Numbered from the stretch's first letter, positions 28,330-38,678 are shown. The stretch: DNA of 64,000 nt from an uncultured Elusimicrobia bacterium (GCA_963702895.1 OY969767.1:234506-298505); one strand, 5' to 3'. A program made the numbers and translations. Notes: generated by a model from the letters alone, not told the origin.

Positions 28330-28414
28330 CGCGTCGTTTCGCATTTTTGGAACCTTTTCATAGAACCGGTGTCCAACGAGCAGAAGCTTAAATTCTCTTT
28401 GCCCGGAGGTCACT

Positions 28415-29572
28415 ATGGATCACTTAAAAAGCATTTGGAGTCTGGTTCTCGCCATGGCCCTTGCCGTTCCGCTTGAAGCCAGAAGCTGTTTGGCCCCCTG
28501 CTGCCCCCCTTCGACACCGCTCGTTCAGGTGGCCCTCCTTTTGGACACGTCCAATAGCATGGACGGGCTCATCGAACAGGCCAAAAGCCAGCTCTGGCGT
28601 ATCGCCAACGACTTGGCCTACTCGACCCGCTGCGGCGAGCGTCCGAGGCTTGAAATTGCCCTCTATGAATACGGGAACAATGGCCTGAGCGCGGGGGAAA
28701 ACTTTATCCGTCAAGTCTTACCCTTTACAACGGATATGGATCTTATCTCGGAAAAGCTCTTTGGACTCCGGACCCATGGTGGATATGAATATTGTGGCGC
28801 GGTCATCAAAGATGCGGTGCAAAACCTGCGCTGGAGCAGGCGCGATGACGTCTACAAAACGCTTTTCATTGCCGGCAATGAGCCGTTTACTCAGGGAGCT
28901 GTCTACTTCCGTGACGCGGTGGCCCAGGCCGTGCGCAAAGACATTCGTGTGAATGCCATTTTCTGTGGCGCTTACGCCGAGGGTGTTCAAACCCAGTGGC
29001 AGGAGGGCGCGATGGCAGGTCGCGGGGCCTATCTCACGATCGATCATCACCGCGCTGTGGTCATCGATCCTACGCCCTATGATGACGAGATTTCCCGTCT
29101 TGGGTATCAGTTGAATCAAACCTATGTGGCATACGGGTCCAGGGGTCGCGCGGCTCTGGCTGATGGGGCTGTCGCTGATCGGCGTGCGGCACGCCTTCCC
29201 GCCGCTTCCGGCGCGGTCATGGAACGGGCGGCTCTTAAAGCATCGCCGATGTATTCAGGCGCCGAGTGGGACGTTGTGAGTGCGGTTGCCAGAGGGCAAC
29301 AGAAGGTGTCGGAATTAAAGAAGGAGGACCTCCCTGCCGAGCTTAAGGAGAAAACAAACGCGGATCTGGAAGCTTACCTCCAAAATCAACACCAAACCCG
29401 CGCGTCCTTACAAGCGCGCTTGGGAGAACTCAGGAAACAGCGCGACGAGTTCTTGGTGAAAAAGCAATCGGCCAAGGGCCCGAGTTCTTCAATGTCCCTG
29501 GACCAAGCCATGCGCAAGGCGATCCGCGAGCAAGCGGGCCGCTTGGAGTTCAAATTCGAGGGCGGAAAGTAG
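28415..29572 (+). CDS. secreted von Willebrand factor type A (vWA) domain protein
   Basis: Signal peptide and MIDAS motif LLLDTSNSMDG. Confidence 0.75.
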   Translation: MDHLKSIWSLVLAMALAVPLEARSCLAPCCPPSTPLVQVALLLDTSNSMDGLIEQAKSQLWRIANDLAYSTRCGERPRLEIALYEYGNNGLSAGENFIRQVLPFTTDMDLISEKLFGLRTHGGYEYCGAVIKDAVQNLRWSRRDDVYKTLFIAGNEPFTQGAVYFRDAVAQAVRKDIRVNAIFCGAYAEGVQTQWQEGAMAGRGAYLTIDHHRAVVIDPTPYDDEISRLGYQLNQTYVAYGSRGRAALADGAVADRRAARLPAASGAVMERAALKASPMYSGAEWDVVSAVARGQQKVSELKKEDLPAELKEKTNADLEAYLQNQHQTRASLQARLGELRKQRDEFLVKKQSAKGPSSSMSLDQAMRKAIREQAGRLEFKFEGGK

Positions 29573-29595
29573 CGCAGCACAAGCCACGAAGAATT

Positions 29596-29651
29596 CCCGG
29601 ACCGGCCGCCAAGAGGTCTGGCGGCCGGTCCGGGTATGCTATCCTTATTTT
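29596..29651 (+). terminator. strong hairpin / probable terminator after the vWA gene
   Basis: 15-bp perfect stem cccggaccggccgcc / ggcggccggtccggg with a 9-nt loop and a T-rich tail. Confidence 0.55.
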
Positions 29652-29655
29652 CCCT

Positions 29656-30177
29656 ATGATCTTACGCATCACGCAGCTGGGCGAGCCCGTTCTGCGTAAA
29701 AGAGCTCGGGTCCTTCGCAAGTTCTCCAAGCCAGCATGCGCTGCGTTGGTCAAAAGCATGGTCCAAACGATGCGCAAGGCCAAAGGGGTGGGGATCGCCG
29801 CCCCTCAGGTGGGCAAGTCCCTTCGCCTCTTCATCGTTGCGCCTGAGCCTAACGCTCGCTATCCTAAGGCGCCACGCGTTCCACCGGTGGCCATGATCAA
29901 TCCCGTCCTGGTGAGACATTCGAAAAAGCGTTTGACCGATTGGGAGGGCTGTTTATCGATTCCGGGCCTGCGCGCGCGGGTGCCGCGGTATAAGACGGTC
30001 GAAATTGAATTCACGGCGCTTGATGGGCGGCGGCTTCGGGGGAAGCTGTCGGGATTTGTCGCGCGGATATTTCAGCATGAATTTGACCATATCCATGGGA
30101 GGGTCTATCTGGATCGTGTCGAAGACACGCGGACTTGCATGACAGAAACGGAATACCGGAAACGCCTGCGTAGATAA
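29656..30177 (+). CDS. def: peptide deformylase
   Basis: Motifs GVGIAAPQVG, EGCLSIPG and HEFDHIHG. Confidence 0.9.
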   Translation: MILRITQLGEPVLRKRARVLRKFSKPACAALVKSMVQTMRKAKGVGIAAPQVGKSLRLFIVAPEPNARYPKAPRVPPVAMINPVLVRHSKKRLTDWEGCLSIPGLRARVPRYKTVEIEFTALDGRRLRGKLSGFVARIFQHEFDHIHGRVYLDRVEDTRTCMTETEYRKRLRR

Positions 30178-30342
30178 AATTCTTACGGCTTCTCAGAAAG
30201 TCGTGCCATCTTTAAAGTATTCCCGGCTCCTTTTGGCCTCTCCTGGGTCGCCTCGCAGAGACCCTGGCGACACCATCCTCCGCCTTGTGTGCCCTTAAGA
30301 CCCTCCACAAGGCAACCTAAAATAGGTAGAATTCACCCGATT

Positions 30343-30368
30343 CCCGAACCTGGCTTTCGGGATTTTTT
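30343..30368 (+). terminator. hairpin plus T-run (terminator or attenuator) immediately upstream of the HEAT-repeat gene
   Basis: cccgaa / ttcggg stem with a 7-nt loop followed by atttttt; 5 nt before the ATG at 30373. Confidence 0.45.
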
Positions 30369-30372
30369 GCTT

Positions 30373-31356
30373 ATGAATAAACCCATTTCCCTTGCAATTG
30401 TGGCTTTGTCGCTCATGGCAGGGCTTCTCAGGGCGGAAAGTCCCTCCGCGGCCAAGCCCAAGGCCAAGACCGCTCCTCAAACAGTGCCAGCCACGGCGCC
30501 TGCCCAGAAATCAAGCTACAACGTTCGTCCTTCGAGCCAGACGGTCAAACGCCGAGAGGCCGTCCTGGCGATGGCCCAGGAAGCCGACCCAGCCAAAGCA
30601 GGGCCACAGCTCATGCAGGCGCTCTCAGACAAAGACCCTATGGCACGAACGCTTGCGGTTCAAGGTCTTGGGAACCTGAAATACGCCCCAGCCAGGGGAA
30701 AGCTCTCCGTGGTCCTTGCCGCCGATTCGAGTCCTGAAGTCCGGGAAGCTGCGGCGGTTGCTTTGCGGCAGATCGGTGACCCACGCGCGCTCGACGCCCT
30801 CGCCAAAGCCATTTCCGACCCTTCTGCGAATGTCCGGATCACGGCACTCACCGGGGTGGGGTTTTACCGGGACCCCCGTGCGCGGCCCCAGGTCGAAGCC
30901 GCTTGTCAGGACCCTCTGCCCGAAGTGCGTCGGACCGCCGTCCATGTCCTCGGACGCCTGGAGGATCCACAGTCTGTTCCTGTTGTGGAAGCTCTGGTCA
31001 AGGACAACGATCCGAGCGTGCGGGCCGTGGCCGCGCAGACTTTGGGGGAATTGCACGCGACCGGTTCCAAGGCGGCGCTTCGGGACCTCTTAAAGGATGC
31101 CGACAAGGCGGTCCAAGTCTCAGCGGCCCGCTCCTTGCTTAAGCTGGGAGATAGCGAAGGTTTTGAGACAGCAAAATCCTATGCGCTTGATCCGGATATC
31201 ACGGTTCGGCTGCTGGCCATTGATGCCTTAGGGTGGAGCAAGGACCGGGAAGCAGGGCGTCTCTTAGAATCACTTTTAGCGGAGGTGCCGGCGAATAGCC
31301 GCATGGCGGTCCAGGAGGCCCTGGCGCGGCACGAGCAATTGCGGAAGCAGAAATGA
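30373..31356 (+). CDS. secreted HEAT/PBS-lyase repeat protein
   Basis: Signal peptide MNKPISLAIVALSLMAGLLRA and at least 7 HEAT-like repeats (DPxxRxxAxxxLGxL). Confidence 0.75.
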   Translation: MNKPISLAIVALSLMAGLLRAESPSAAKPKAKTAPQTVPATAPAQKSSYNVRPSSQTVKRREAVLAMAQEADPAKAGPQLMQALSDKDPMARTLAVQGLGNLKYAPARGKLSVVLAADSSPEVREAAAVALRQIGDPRALDALAKAISDPSANVRITALTGVGFYRDPRARPQVEAACQDPLPEVRRTAVHVLGRLEDPQSVPVVEALVKDNDPSVRAVAAQTLGELHATGSKAALRDLLKDADKAVQVSAARSLLKLGDSEGFETAKSYALDPDITVRLLAIDALGWSKDREAGRLLESLLAEVPANSRMAVQEALARHEQLRKQK

Positions 31357-32132
31357 AAACCAAACACGTCCAACATCTCTTTCTCCTGGTTCTCTTCTTC
31401 TTGGTGGCCCGCGTTCCTCTTTTGGGAGAAGATGCCTCCGTCAAAGAAGATGGCAACGCGTCCTCCAGCTCCAAAGCGTTCGAGGATGCCAGTCCTATGC
31501 TTGAAGTCGTGGACATCCCAACGGCGGACATCCTGGACCCGAAAACATTTTCCACGTCCTTCCGGTTTTATTCCGAAGGTGGCGTCGTCTCTCGCCTGCT
31601 CCTGGGCCCTTTTCGGCGGCTCAATCTTGGCTTTTCCCTCGATGCGCAAAACCTCATCGGCGGCGAGGATCCTAATGTCATCCGGCCCTCCGTCTTCATT
31701 AAGTTGCGCTTCTTTGATGGAACGGACATCCTCCCGGCTTTGGCTTTGGGGTATGACAATCAGGGCTATATGTATCAGGAATCGACCAAAGAATTTTTGC
31801 AAGACGCCAAGGGGCTTTATCTGGCCGGAACTCATGAAATCTTTCTCCCTGATTTTGTGCTGCATGCCGGCATCAACTTTCCTGACCTGGGTGATAGCGG
31901 GGCGCCCTTTGGTTTTTTTGGCGTTTCCTGGAAGATTGTCCCGACCTTCGCGCTCTTGGCGGAATACGACAATATTCAGGATGCCCCCGACAACCGGGTC
32001 AATCTTGGAGGTCGTTTCTGGGTGACGCCCTTTTTTAACGTGGATTTTGCGGCGCGCAATGTGGGTCGGGACTATGACCGCGGCGCCGAACGCATCGTTC
32101 TCATCAATTACGTGGCCCGCTTCCCTTTTTGA
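31353..32132 (+). CDS. hypothetical outer-membrane beta-barrel protein
   Basis: Signal peptide and C-terminal ...YVARFPF (terminal Phe signature). Start overlaps the upstream stop as ATGA. Confidence 0.45.
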   Translation: MKTKHVQHLFLLVLFFLVARVPLLGEDASVKEDGNASSSSKAFEDASPMLEVVDIPTADILDPKTFSTSFRFYSEGGVVSRLLLGPFRRLNLGFSLDAQNLIGGEDPNVIRPSVFIKLRFFDGTDILPALALGYDNQGYMYQESTKEFLQDAKGLYLAGTHEIFLPDFVLHAGINFPDLGDSGAPFGFFGVSWKIVPTFALLAEYDNIQDAPDNRVNLGGRFWVTPFFNVDFAARNVGRDYDRGAERIVLINYVARFPF

Positions 32133-32155
32133 TCGCCTGAGAGAATCGAGAGTCT

Positions 32156-33175
32156 ATGGCAGAACCCTTCATCGCGCTGGAATTTGAGAAACCGATCGCG
32201 GAGCTCGAGACCAAAATCGAGGAACTCCGCTCTTGCGCCGCCACCGAGCACATGGACTTTTCCGAAGAGATTCGAACCTTGGAGGAAAAGTGTAACGATC
32301 TCAAGCGCCAGATTTACGGAAACTTGACCCCCTGGCAGCGGGTTCAAATCGCCCGGCACCCGCAGCGCCCTTATACGCTCGACTATATTGCGGTTCTTTG
32401 CACGGAGTTCATGGAGCTCCACGGCGACCGCACCTTTTCGGATGACGCCTCCATTGTGGGGGGGCTTGCCCTTTTTGAGGGACAGCCGGTCGTGGTGATT
32501 GGGCAGCAGAAAGGACGCACGGTCCAAGAGTCCATGCGCCGCAACTTTGGGATGCCGCACCCGGAAGGTTACCGAAAGGCGCTGAGGCTCATGAAACTCG
32601 CGGAGAAGTTTAAGCGGCCCCTCCTTTGCTTTATTGATACCCCCGGCGCCTATCCCGGCATCGGCGCAGAGGAGCGCGGCCAGGCGCGCGCGATCGCGCT
32701 CAACCTCATGGAGATGGCGGCCCTGAAGACCCCCGTCCTTTGCACCGTGATTGGAGAGGGGGGGTCCGGCGGGGCTCTTGCGATCGGTATTGGAGACCGG
32801 CTCCTGATGTGTGAGAATGCCTGGTATTCCGTAATCTCTCCTGAAGGGTGCGCGGCGATTCTGTTTCGTGACGCTGGGCGGGCCGCGGAAGCCGCCAGTG
32901 CCCTTAAGCTGACAGCGCCGGAACTGAAGAACCTGGGTATTGTCGATGTCGTCATCCCTGAAACGCAAGGCGGGGCGCATCGCCTTCCGGGAGCCACGAT
33001 GGAGGCTTTGCGCGCCGCCCTCCTCCAAAATCTCAATCAGTTGCAGAGTCTTTCCCTCGAGCAGCTCTTGGACCAGCGGTATCAGAAGTTTCGGTCCCTG
33101 GGGGCCTGGCGTGAGGCGGAAAGTGAGAAAATTCCGAAGCGCCGCCCTCCCAGAGTCAAATCCGCTCAAATCTAA
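32156..33175 (+). CDS. accA: acetyl-CoA carboxylase carboxyltransferase subunit alpha
   Basis: [18 protein letters not shown] and [14 protein letters not shown]. Confidence 0.95.
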   Translation: MAEPFIALEFEKPIAELETKIEELRSCAATEHMDFSEEIRTLEEKCNDLKRQIYGNLTPWQRVQIARHPQRPYTLDYIAVLCTEFMELHGDRTFSDDASIVGGLALFEGQPVVVIGQQKGRTVQESMRRNFGMPHPEGYRKALRLMKLAEKFKRPLLCFIDTPGAYPGIGAEERGQARAIALNLMEMAALKTPVLCTVIGEGGSGGALAIGIGDRLLMCENAWYSVISPEGCAAILFRDAGRAAEAASALKLTAPELKNLGIVDVVIPETQGGAHRLPGATMEALRAALLQNLNQLQSLSLEQLLDQRYQKFRSLGAWREAESEKIPKRRPPRVKSAQI

Positions 33176-33199
33176 CTACAAACAGAGGAGACCTAACCG

Positions 33200-34231
33200 A
33201 TGAGCACAAAAGTCGCGATCTTAACCGGCGGTGGTGATTGTCCTGGCCTCAATCCCGCAATCCGAGGTTGTGTCATGGCAGGCTTGGATATGGGATTTGA
33301 ATTTATCGGCATCTCGGAAGGCTGGCGGGGCCTGGTGGAAGGCAAGACCCAGCGTTTGGGTCTCGCTGATGTCAAAGAGATCATCGGCAAGGGGGGGACA
33401 ATCCTCGGGACCTCACGCACGAACCCTTTTAAGAAAGAAGGCGCTGTGGAGAAGTGTTTGGCGACCTTCAAAAGGTTGAATCTTGATGCACTGGTGGCTT
33501 TGGGAGGCGAAGATACCCTCGGTGTCGCCGCGCGATTTTACAGGGAACATCAGATGCCGGTCGTCGGGGTGCCCAAGACCATGGACAATGATCTGGCGGC
33601 CACCGACTATACCTTCGGTTTTGATACCGCCACGACCATCGCGGTGGACGCCGTGGAACGGTTGCGCGATACAGGGCGCAGCCACAGGCGCATTATGGTG
33701 CTTGAGGTCATGGGACGCCACGCCGGGTGGGTCGCGCTCTTTACCGCGGTCGCCTCTGCTGCGGACTGGGTGCTCCTGCCTGAGCGGAAAACGGATGTCA
33801 AGGCCATGTGTAAGCATCTTCAAGAGGTCCACGCCCGCGACCAGGTCGCGATCGTGGTCACCTCAGAAGCTGTCGAACTTCCGGGTTTGAAGAAAGAGGG
33901 TGAAGAACTGGACCAGTTTGGGCACATGCTCCTCAAAAACCGTGGGCTCGGCGAAAAAGTCGCGGAGATCATCGAGAAAGAAACGGGGATTGAGACCCGC
34001 TCGGCCGTGGTCGGTCACATTCAGCGCGGGGGGAGCCCCACCCTTTTTGACCGCATCCTGGGCACCAAGGTGGGCGTGAAGGCGGCGGAACTTGTTGCCA
34101 AAAAGAAGTTCGGCCAGATGGTGGCTCTTCATGGCAATGTGGTTGTGGATGTTTCTTTGGAAGAGGCGACGGCTGAACTTAAGACCGTGCCCCCGGAGTG
34201 GCTCAGGATGGCTGATATTTTCTTTAAATAA
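33200..34231 (+). CDS. pfk: 6-phosphofructokinase; signature residues suggest a PPi-dependent type
   Basis: GGDCPGLN. GGEDT has Asp where ATP-PFK has Gly104, and PKTMDND has Lys where ATP-PFK has Gly124. Confidence 0.9.
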   Translation: MSTKVAILTGGGDCPGLNPAIRGCVMAGLDMGFEFIGISEGWRGLVEGKTQRLGLADVKEIIGKGGTILGTSRTNPFKKEGAVEKCLATFKRLNLDALVALGGEDTLGVAARFYREHQMPVVGVPKTMDNDLAATDYTFGFDTATTIAVDAVERLRDTGRSHRRIMVLEVMGRHAGWVALFTAVASAADWVLLPERKTDVKAMCKHLQEVHARDQVAIVVTSEAVELPGLKKEGEELDQFGHMLLKNRGLGEKVAEIIEKETGIETRSAVVGHIQRGGSPTLFDRILGTKVGVKAAELVAKKKFGQMVALHGNVVVDVSLEEATAELKTVPPEWLRMADIFFK

Positions 34232-34282
34232 AATCTAAATTTCCCCTTTCAAAACAGAAGTTTTTCTGCTAAGGATACAAGC

Positions 34283-35350
34283 ATGCGTGGCTATGATTTG
34301 TTAGCGGCGGCCGCCACCCAAAAAGCATCGGATGTGCATCTTGTCCCGGGGGCGCAGCCACTCTTACGAATAGAAGGTCAACTGATCCCTTTTGCCGGAA
34401 GCGCGGTCCTCACTTCCGATGAAGTCCAGCAATTTGTTCTGCCTCTTTTAACCGAACGGCAGCGACAACATCTGGGCAAAGATTTCTGCGTCGATTTCTC
34501 CCTGGAAGTCAGCGGCATGCGTTACCGCGGCAATGTGCTTTTTCAAAAGAACGGTATCGAGGCTGTTTTCCGGCTGATCAACTCACAAATCCCCACCGTC
34601 GAGGAACTGCTGCTGCCGGAAGCCGTCGCCGATTTTTCGACGTTGAAGAATGGCCTGGTGCTGGTGACCGGGACGACAGGTGCTGGAAAATCCACGACCT
34701 TGGCTTGCCTGATCAACCTGATCAACGAAAAACGACGCGGCAATATCATCACGATCGAAGACCCCATTGAGTATGTGCACACGAATAAGAAATGCATTAT
34801 CAGTCAAAGGGAGATTGGCTTGCACGCGCCGGATTTTGCGACGGCGCTTCGTTATGTGATGCGGCAGGACCCCGATGTCGTGATGGTGGGGGAGATGCGG
34901 GACCTCGAGACCATCTCAGCCGCCATCTCCGTCGCGGAGACAGGCCACCTCGTGTTTGCCACGCTTCACTCCAGCAACACGGTCCAGTCGATTGATCGCA
35001 TGATCGACATCTTCCCGGCCGAACAGCAACCCCAAATCAAGGCACAGTTGTCCAGCGTGCTGCGCGCTGTGGTCTCTCAGTTTCTCATCCCACGCATCGG
35101 CGGCAAAGGCCTTGTGGCGGTGCGCGAGGTGATGATCGTCAACCCCGCCATACGAAATCTTATTCGAGGCTCCAAAATCCATGAAATCTATTCCGCGATC
35201 GAAATGGGCTATCGTGAGGGGATGGTGACGTTTCCTCGCGCCATTGCTGAACTGGTCAGCGAAGGGATCATCGATGCTCGTTATCTCAGCTCGTTTGATC
35301 AGAACCCTAGCCCCAGGCAGAGAAAGGGTCCTGCGGCATCCATGGCCTAA
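34283..35350 (+). CDS. pilT: type IV pilus retraction ATPase PilT
   Basis: GTTGAGKSTTLACLIN and AIRNLIRGSK. Confidence 0.9.
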   Translation: MRGYDLLAAAATQKASDVHLVPGAQPLLRIEGQLIPFAGSAVLTSDEVQQFVLPLLTERQRQHLGKDFCVDFSLEVSGMRYRGNVLFQKNGIEAVFRLINSQIPTVEELLLPEAVADFSTLKNGLVLVTGTTGAGKSTTLACLINLINEKRRGNIITIEDPIEYVHTNKKCIISQREIGLHAPDFATALRYVMRQDPDVVMVGEMRDLETISAAISVAETGHLVFATLHSSNTVQSIDRMIDIFPAEQQPQIKAQLSSVLRAVVSQFLIPRIGGKGLVAVREVMIVNPAIRNLIRGSKIHEIYSAIEMGYREGMVTFPRAIAELVSEGIIDARYLSSFDQNPSPRQRKGPAASMA

Positions 35351-35416
35351 GAAGAAAACACACTTCGAGGAGATGGCCCCGCGGGGGGAGAGCGCGAGAA
35401 GAATCGGGGACACAGG

Positions 35417-36487
35417 ATGGAAATGATCGACATCTTAAAAGCCGTGGTGCAAAAAGGAGCCTCGGACCTTCATCTCGTTATTGGCCAGGCGCCGATGATC
35501 CGCTACGACGGCGAACTGAAGCCCATGAGCGAGTTTCCTGTGCTTACGGCGGAAGAATCAAGGCGACTCATCTTCACGCTGCTTTCCGACGAGCAGCGCG
35601 CACATTTTGAGAAAGAGTGGGAGCTTGACTTCTCTGTGGCCGTGGGCGAGCTCGCGCGGTTTCGAACCAATGTGCTCATGCACAAGAATGGCGTGGAAGC
35701 CGTTTTGCGCGTCATCGCGAGCAAGATCCCGTCGGCAGAGGAACTGGGACTGTCTGCGGCCATCGCGGAGCTGGCGAATCTTCCCCGGGGACTGGTGCTT
35801 GTGACCGGCCCAACGGGTTCCGGGAAGTCGACGACCTTGTCTTGCCTTATTAACGTCATCAATCAAAGGCGGCATTGTCATATCTTGACGATCGAAGATC
35901 CTATCGAATTTGTCTATGAAAACAAAAATTCCATTATTCGTCAGAGAGAAATTGGACAACACTCCCATACGTTTGCCGCTTCCCTCAAGCACGCGCTACG
36001 GCAAGACCCGGACGTGGTGATGATTGGTGAAATGCGCGATTTGGAAACCATCGGAGCGGCCCTCACCATGGCGGAAACCGGGCACCTGGTTTTTGCCACC
36101 CTCCACACGACGGACGCCGCGCAAACAGTCGACCGCATTATTGATGTGTTTCCGGCGCACCAACAGCAGCAGGTGCGCATCCAGCTGAGCAGCGTCCTGA
36201 AAGCCGTCGTCTGTCAAACGCTCGTACCTCGGTTCAACGCCCAAGGAAGAGTCGCGGCCAGGGAAGTGATGATTGTCACGCAGGCGATTGCGAACCTCAT
36301 TCGCGAAGGCAAGACGCACCAGATCTACAGCGCCATTGACACGGGCTCGCGTGTGGGCATGATGAGTCTGGACAAGGCACTTTTGGACCTCGTCAGAAAG
36401 AACATGATCTCCATGGAGGATGCTCTGGGTAAAGCGAATCATCCAGAGTTTATACGGGGCTCGCCGCTCTCCACGGCGGCCTCTTAA
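35417..36487 (+). CDS. type IV pilus retraction ATPase, PilT/PilU paralog
   Basis: GPTGSGKSTTLSCLIN and AIANLIREGK. Confidence 0.9.
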   Translation: MEMIDILKAVVQKGASDLHLVIGQAPMIRYDGELKPMSEFPVLTAEESRRLIFTLLSDEQRAHFEKEWELDFSVAVGELARFRTNVLMHKNGVEAVLRVIASKIPSAEELGLSAAIAELANLPRGLVLVTGPTGSGKSTTLSCLINVINQRRHCHILTIEDPIEFVYENKNSIIRQREIGQHSHTFAASLKHALRQDPDVVMIGEMRDLETIGAALTMAETGHLVFATLHTTDAAQTVDRIIDVFPAHQQQQVRIQLSSVLKAVVCQTLVPRFNAQGRVAAREVMIVTQAIANLIREGKTHQIYSAIDTGSRVGMMSLDKALLDLVRKNMISMEDALGKANHPEFIRGSPLSTAAS

Positions 36488-36500
36488 GAACGAGAAACGG

Positions 36501-37481
36501 ATGGCACGTGACATCATAGAGGGGCTCAAGGCACTGCAAGGGTTTAATATCCTTGCTGATCCTGTACTCGCCACCCTGGCCAGCTATGCCAAGGTGCGTT
36601 CCGTTCGAGCGTGTGAAACGGTGTTTTGTCAGGGAGAGCCGTCCCCCTACTTCTTTGGCGTACTCTCCGGCGAGGTGACGATTCAAAGAAGCTCGAAAGA
36701 TAAACGATTTCAAAACAAAATCATCGGTATCGTGGGCCCTGGAGGTCTCTTCGGTGAGTCCGCGATCTTTGAAGACAGCCCGCGCGTGGCCATGGCTTCC
36801 GCCTCCAAAGACAGCGAGCTCTTGGTCGTCAAGGGAGTCCATTTTAGAGACTGGATGTGCAAGAACCCTCAAGAAGCCCAACCTCTCCTTTTGGCGTTGC
36901 TCAAGACCTCTCTGAGCCGTCTTCATCGCACCAATCTTGAGCTTTCTGTCGTCTATGGCATAGGGCGCGTGCTGGGCTCCAGCAAAGCTTTCCCCGAACA
37001 ACTCATTTCCGTGTTGGACTTTATGAAGAGCTCTCTGGAAGGGCTTGATGACATCGTCGTGTATCAGCGCAACGCTTTTTGGGAGGAATTTGAGCCTCTC
37101 CAGAGCCTCCCACATCTGAAGAATCTGCCAGCTGTTCCTCTCAGCAATGAATTAATCCAGAAGGCGAGCACGCTCGGTGCGATATGGGCTTTTGAACCAA
37201 AATCTTTTCCAATGCCTCTGGAGGCCTTTCGATTGGATTGGGGATCGCGGGCTTCTGTGGCCATTGTTCCTCTTTTAAATTGGGAGAAAGCCGCCGCTTC
37301 TCTGCAAGGGCTTTTACTGATGGCAAGCAAACACAATGCCGGTTATTTCCATGCCGAGAAGCAGCTCCTTTACACATCCGTAGCGCGGCAATTTTCCGAG
37401 GCCCTCTCTCGCTATGAGCGCTTCCAGGAGCTCGAGGCGCAGTCCCGCCTCCAGCATTCCAAGCAGTCTTTTCAGCCATAA
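36501..37481 (+). CDS. cyclic-nucleotide-binding domain protein with uncharacterized C-terminal domain
   Basis: cNMP-binding beta-roll GPGGLFGESAIFEDSPRVAMASA. Likely start MARDIIEGLKALQG. The reading frame overlaps the 3' end of the second pilT paralog. Confidence 0.65.
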   Translation: MARDIIEGLKALQGFNILADPVLATLASYAKVRSVRACETVFCQGEPSPYFFGVLSGEVTIQRSSKDKRFQNKIIGIVGPGGLFGESAIFEDSPRVAMASASKDSELLVVKGVHFRDWMCKNPQEAQPLLLALLKTSLSRLHRTNLELSVVYGIGRVLGSSKAFPEQLISVLDFMKSSLEGLDDIVVYQRNAFWEEFEPLQSLPHLKNLPAVPLSNELIQKASTLGAIWAFEPKSFPMPLEAFRLDWGSRASVAIVPLLNWEKAAASLQGLLLMASKHNAGYFHAEKQLLYTSVARQFSEALSRYERFQELEAQSRLQHSKQSFQP

Positions 37482-37518
37482 TTTCAAGCTAGACTATTCT
37501 CAGACCCTCAAAACAATT

Positions 37519-37540
37519 GGGCCTATCGGCCCTTCTTTTT
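37519..37540 (+). terminator. Rho-independent terminator
   Basis: gggcc tatc ggccc followed by ttcttttt. Confidence 0.6.
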
Positions 37541-37591
37541 AGAGCCTTTTGGTTTATTGCTCAAATTCTCGCTATGAAATAAGCTGTTCGT

Positions 37592-38647
37592 ATGCGCGTT
37601 AAGACCCGAGCACTTCCCGGTATGTTCTTGCTCGCTTCCCTCTTCCTTCCCGTCGTCATGTACGGTCGATCGGGAGTGACGGACCTCTCTTCTGTTCAGA
37701 AAAAGATCGGTGTTCCAAAAACAATGGCCCGAGTCGTTGACGCGTCATGGGACAGTCCGGAGACTCCTCGTATCTCAGGGGGTCTCTACGGCCCTCAAGG
37801 GACCTATGTTCTTCCGAGTACGGGGCGGATGCCCGATCTGATTCTCATTCAGGACGTTCACAGAAACCCAGAAGTCCAATCACGGATTGCCGCCTTGGTG
37901 TTGCATGGCTATAAACACTGGGGGGTGAATAAGGTGTTTGTGGAGGGTGCGGTGACATCTTTGGACTTGTCGCTTTTCCATCGCATTCCCAAGAAGGTCC
38001 TACCAGCGCTGACGCGTCGCTTGGTTTATGATGCCGATCTCTCGGGTCCGGAACTGGCAGCCGTCCAGATCCTGGAAAAGGAATGGAGCAACCCTCCCTT
38101 GTCGCCGTTTCAGGTCCACGGTTTGGAAGACCCAGAACTCTACAGGCAAAATGTCCTGGCCTATCAGGCCGTGGTGCAAAGTCGTGATCGGGCCTTAGAG
38201 GACATCGCGCTTCTTCACGAGCAACGGAAGGCAGTCGGCTATCCCAGTACGGGGGCTGGGGAGCAGGGGCTTCGCCTCCTCGAAAGGCTCTTGCGCCTCA
38301 AACTCACCCCCCAGGAATATGAAATCTTTCTCATGTATAAGGACATCGCTCCTTCAACACCGAATTTGAACAAGGCGGTCCGTGCGGCGCTGCGCTATTA
38401 TCATTTGGCAAGGTTGCGCAGCGGCGCTTTTATAGAGAACACCTTCGGCAAGGTCCCCGCCTCGAAGGCGCCCCGTATGGTGGTGGTGGGTGGCTTCCAT
38501 ACCGAGGATATGGCACGCTACCTGCGCCATGAGGGTCGGTCCTTTATCATTCTGTCTCCTGTGGTGAGCCCGGTGCCGCAGAATTCCCTCTACGAGCAGC
38601 GCATGCAGGAGACCGTCTTGGCTGTGACCGAGACCCTTTCACCCTAA
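37592..38647 (+). CDS. secreted hypothetical protein, possible TraB/GumN family
   Basis: Signal peptide; DLILIQDVH near the N-terminus and MVVVGGFHTEDMARYL near the C-terminus resemble TraB/GumN motifs. Confidence 0.4.
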   Translation: MRVKTRALPGMFLLASLFLPVVMYGRSGVTDLSSVQKKIGVPKTMARVVDASWDSPETPRISGGLYGPQGTYVLPSTGRMPDLILIQDVHRNPEVQSRIAALVLHGYKHWGVNKVFVEGAVTSLDLSLFHRIPKKVLPALTRRLVYDADLSGPELAAVQILEKEWSNPPLSPFQVHGLEDPELYRQNVLAYQAVVQSRDRALEDIALLHEQRKAVGYPSTGAGEQGLRLLERLLRLKLTPQEYEIFLMYKDIAPSTPNLNKAVRAALRYYHLARLRSGAFIENTFGKVPASKAPRMVVVGGFHTEDMARYLRHEGRSFIILSPVVSPVPQNSLYEQRMQETVLAVTETLSP

Positions 38648-38678
38648 CCACGCTGACTTGTAGTACGATACCTTTGCG

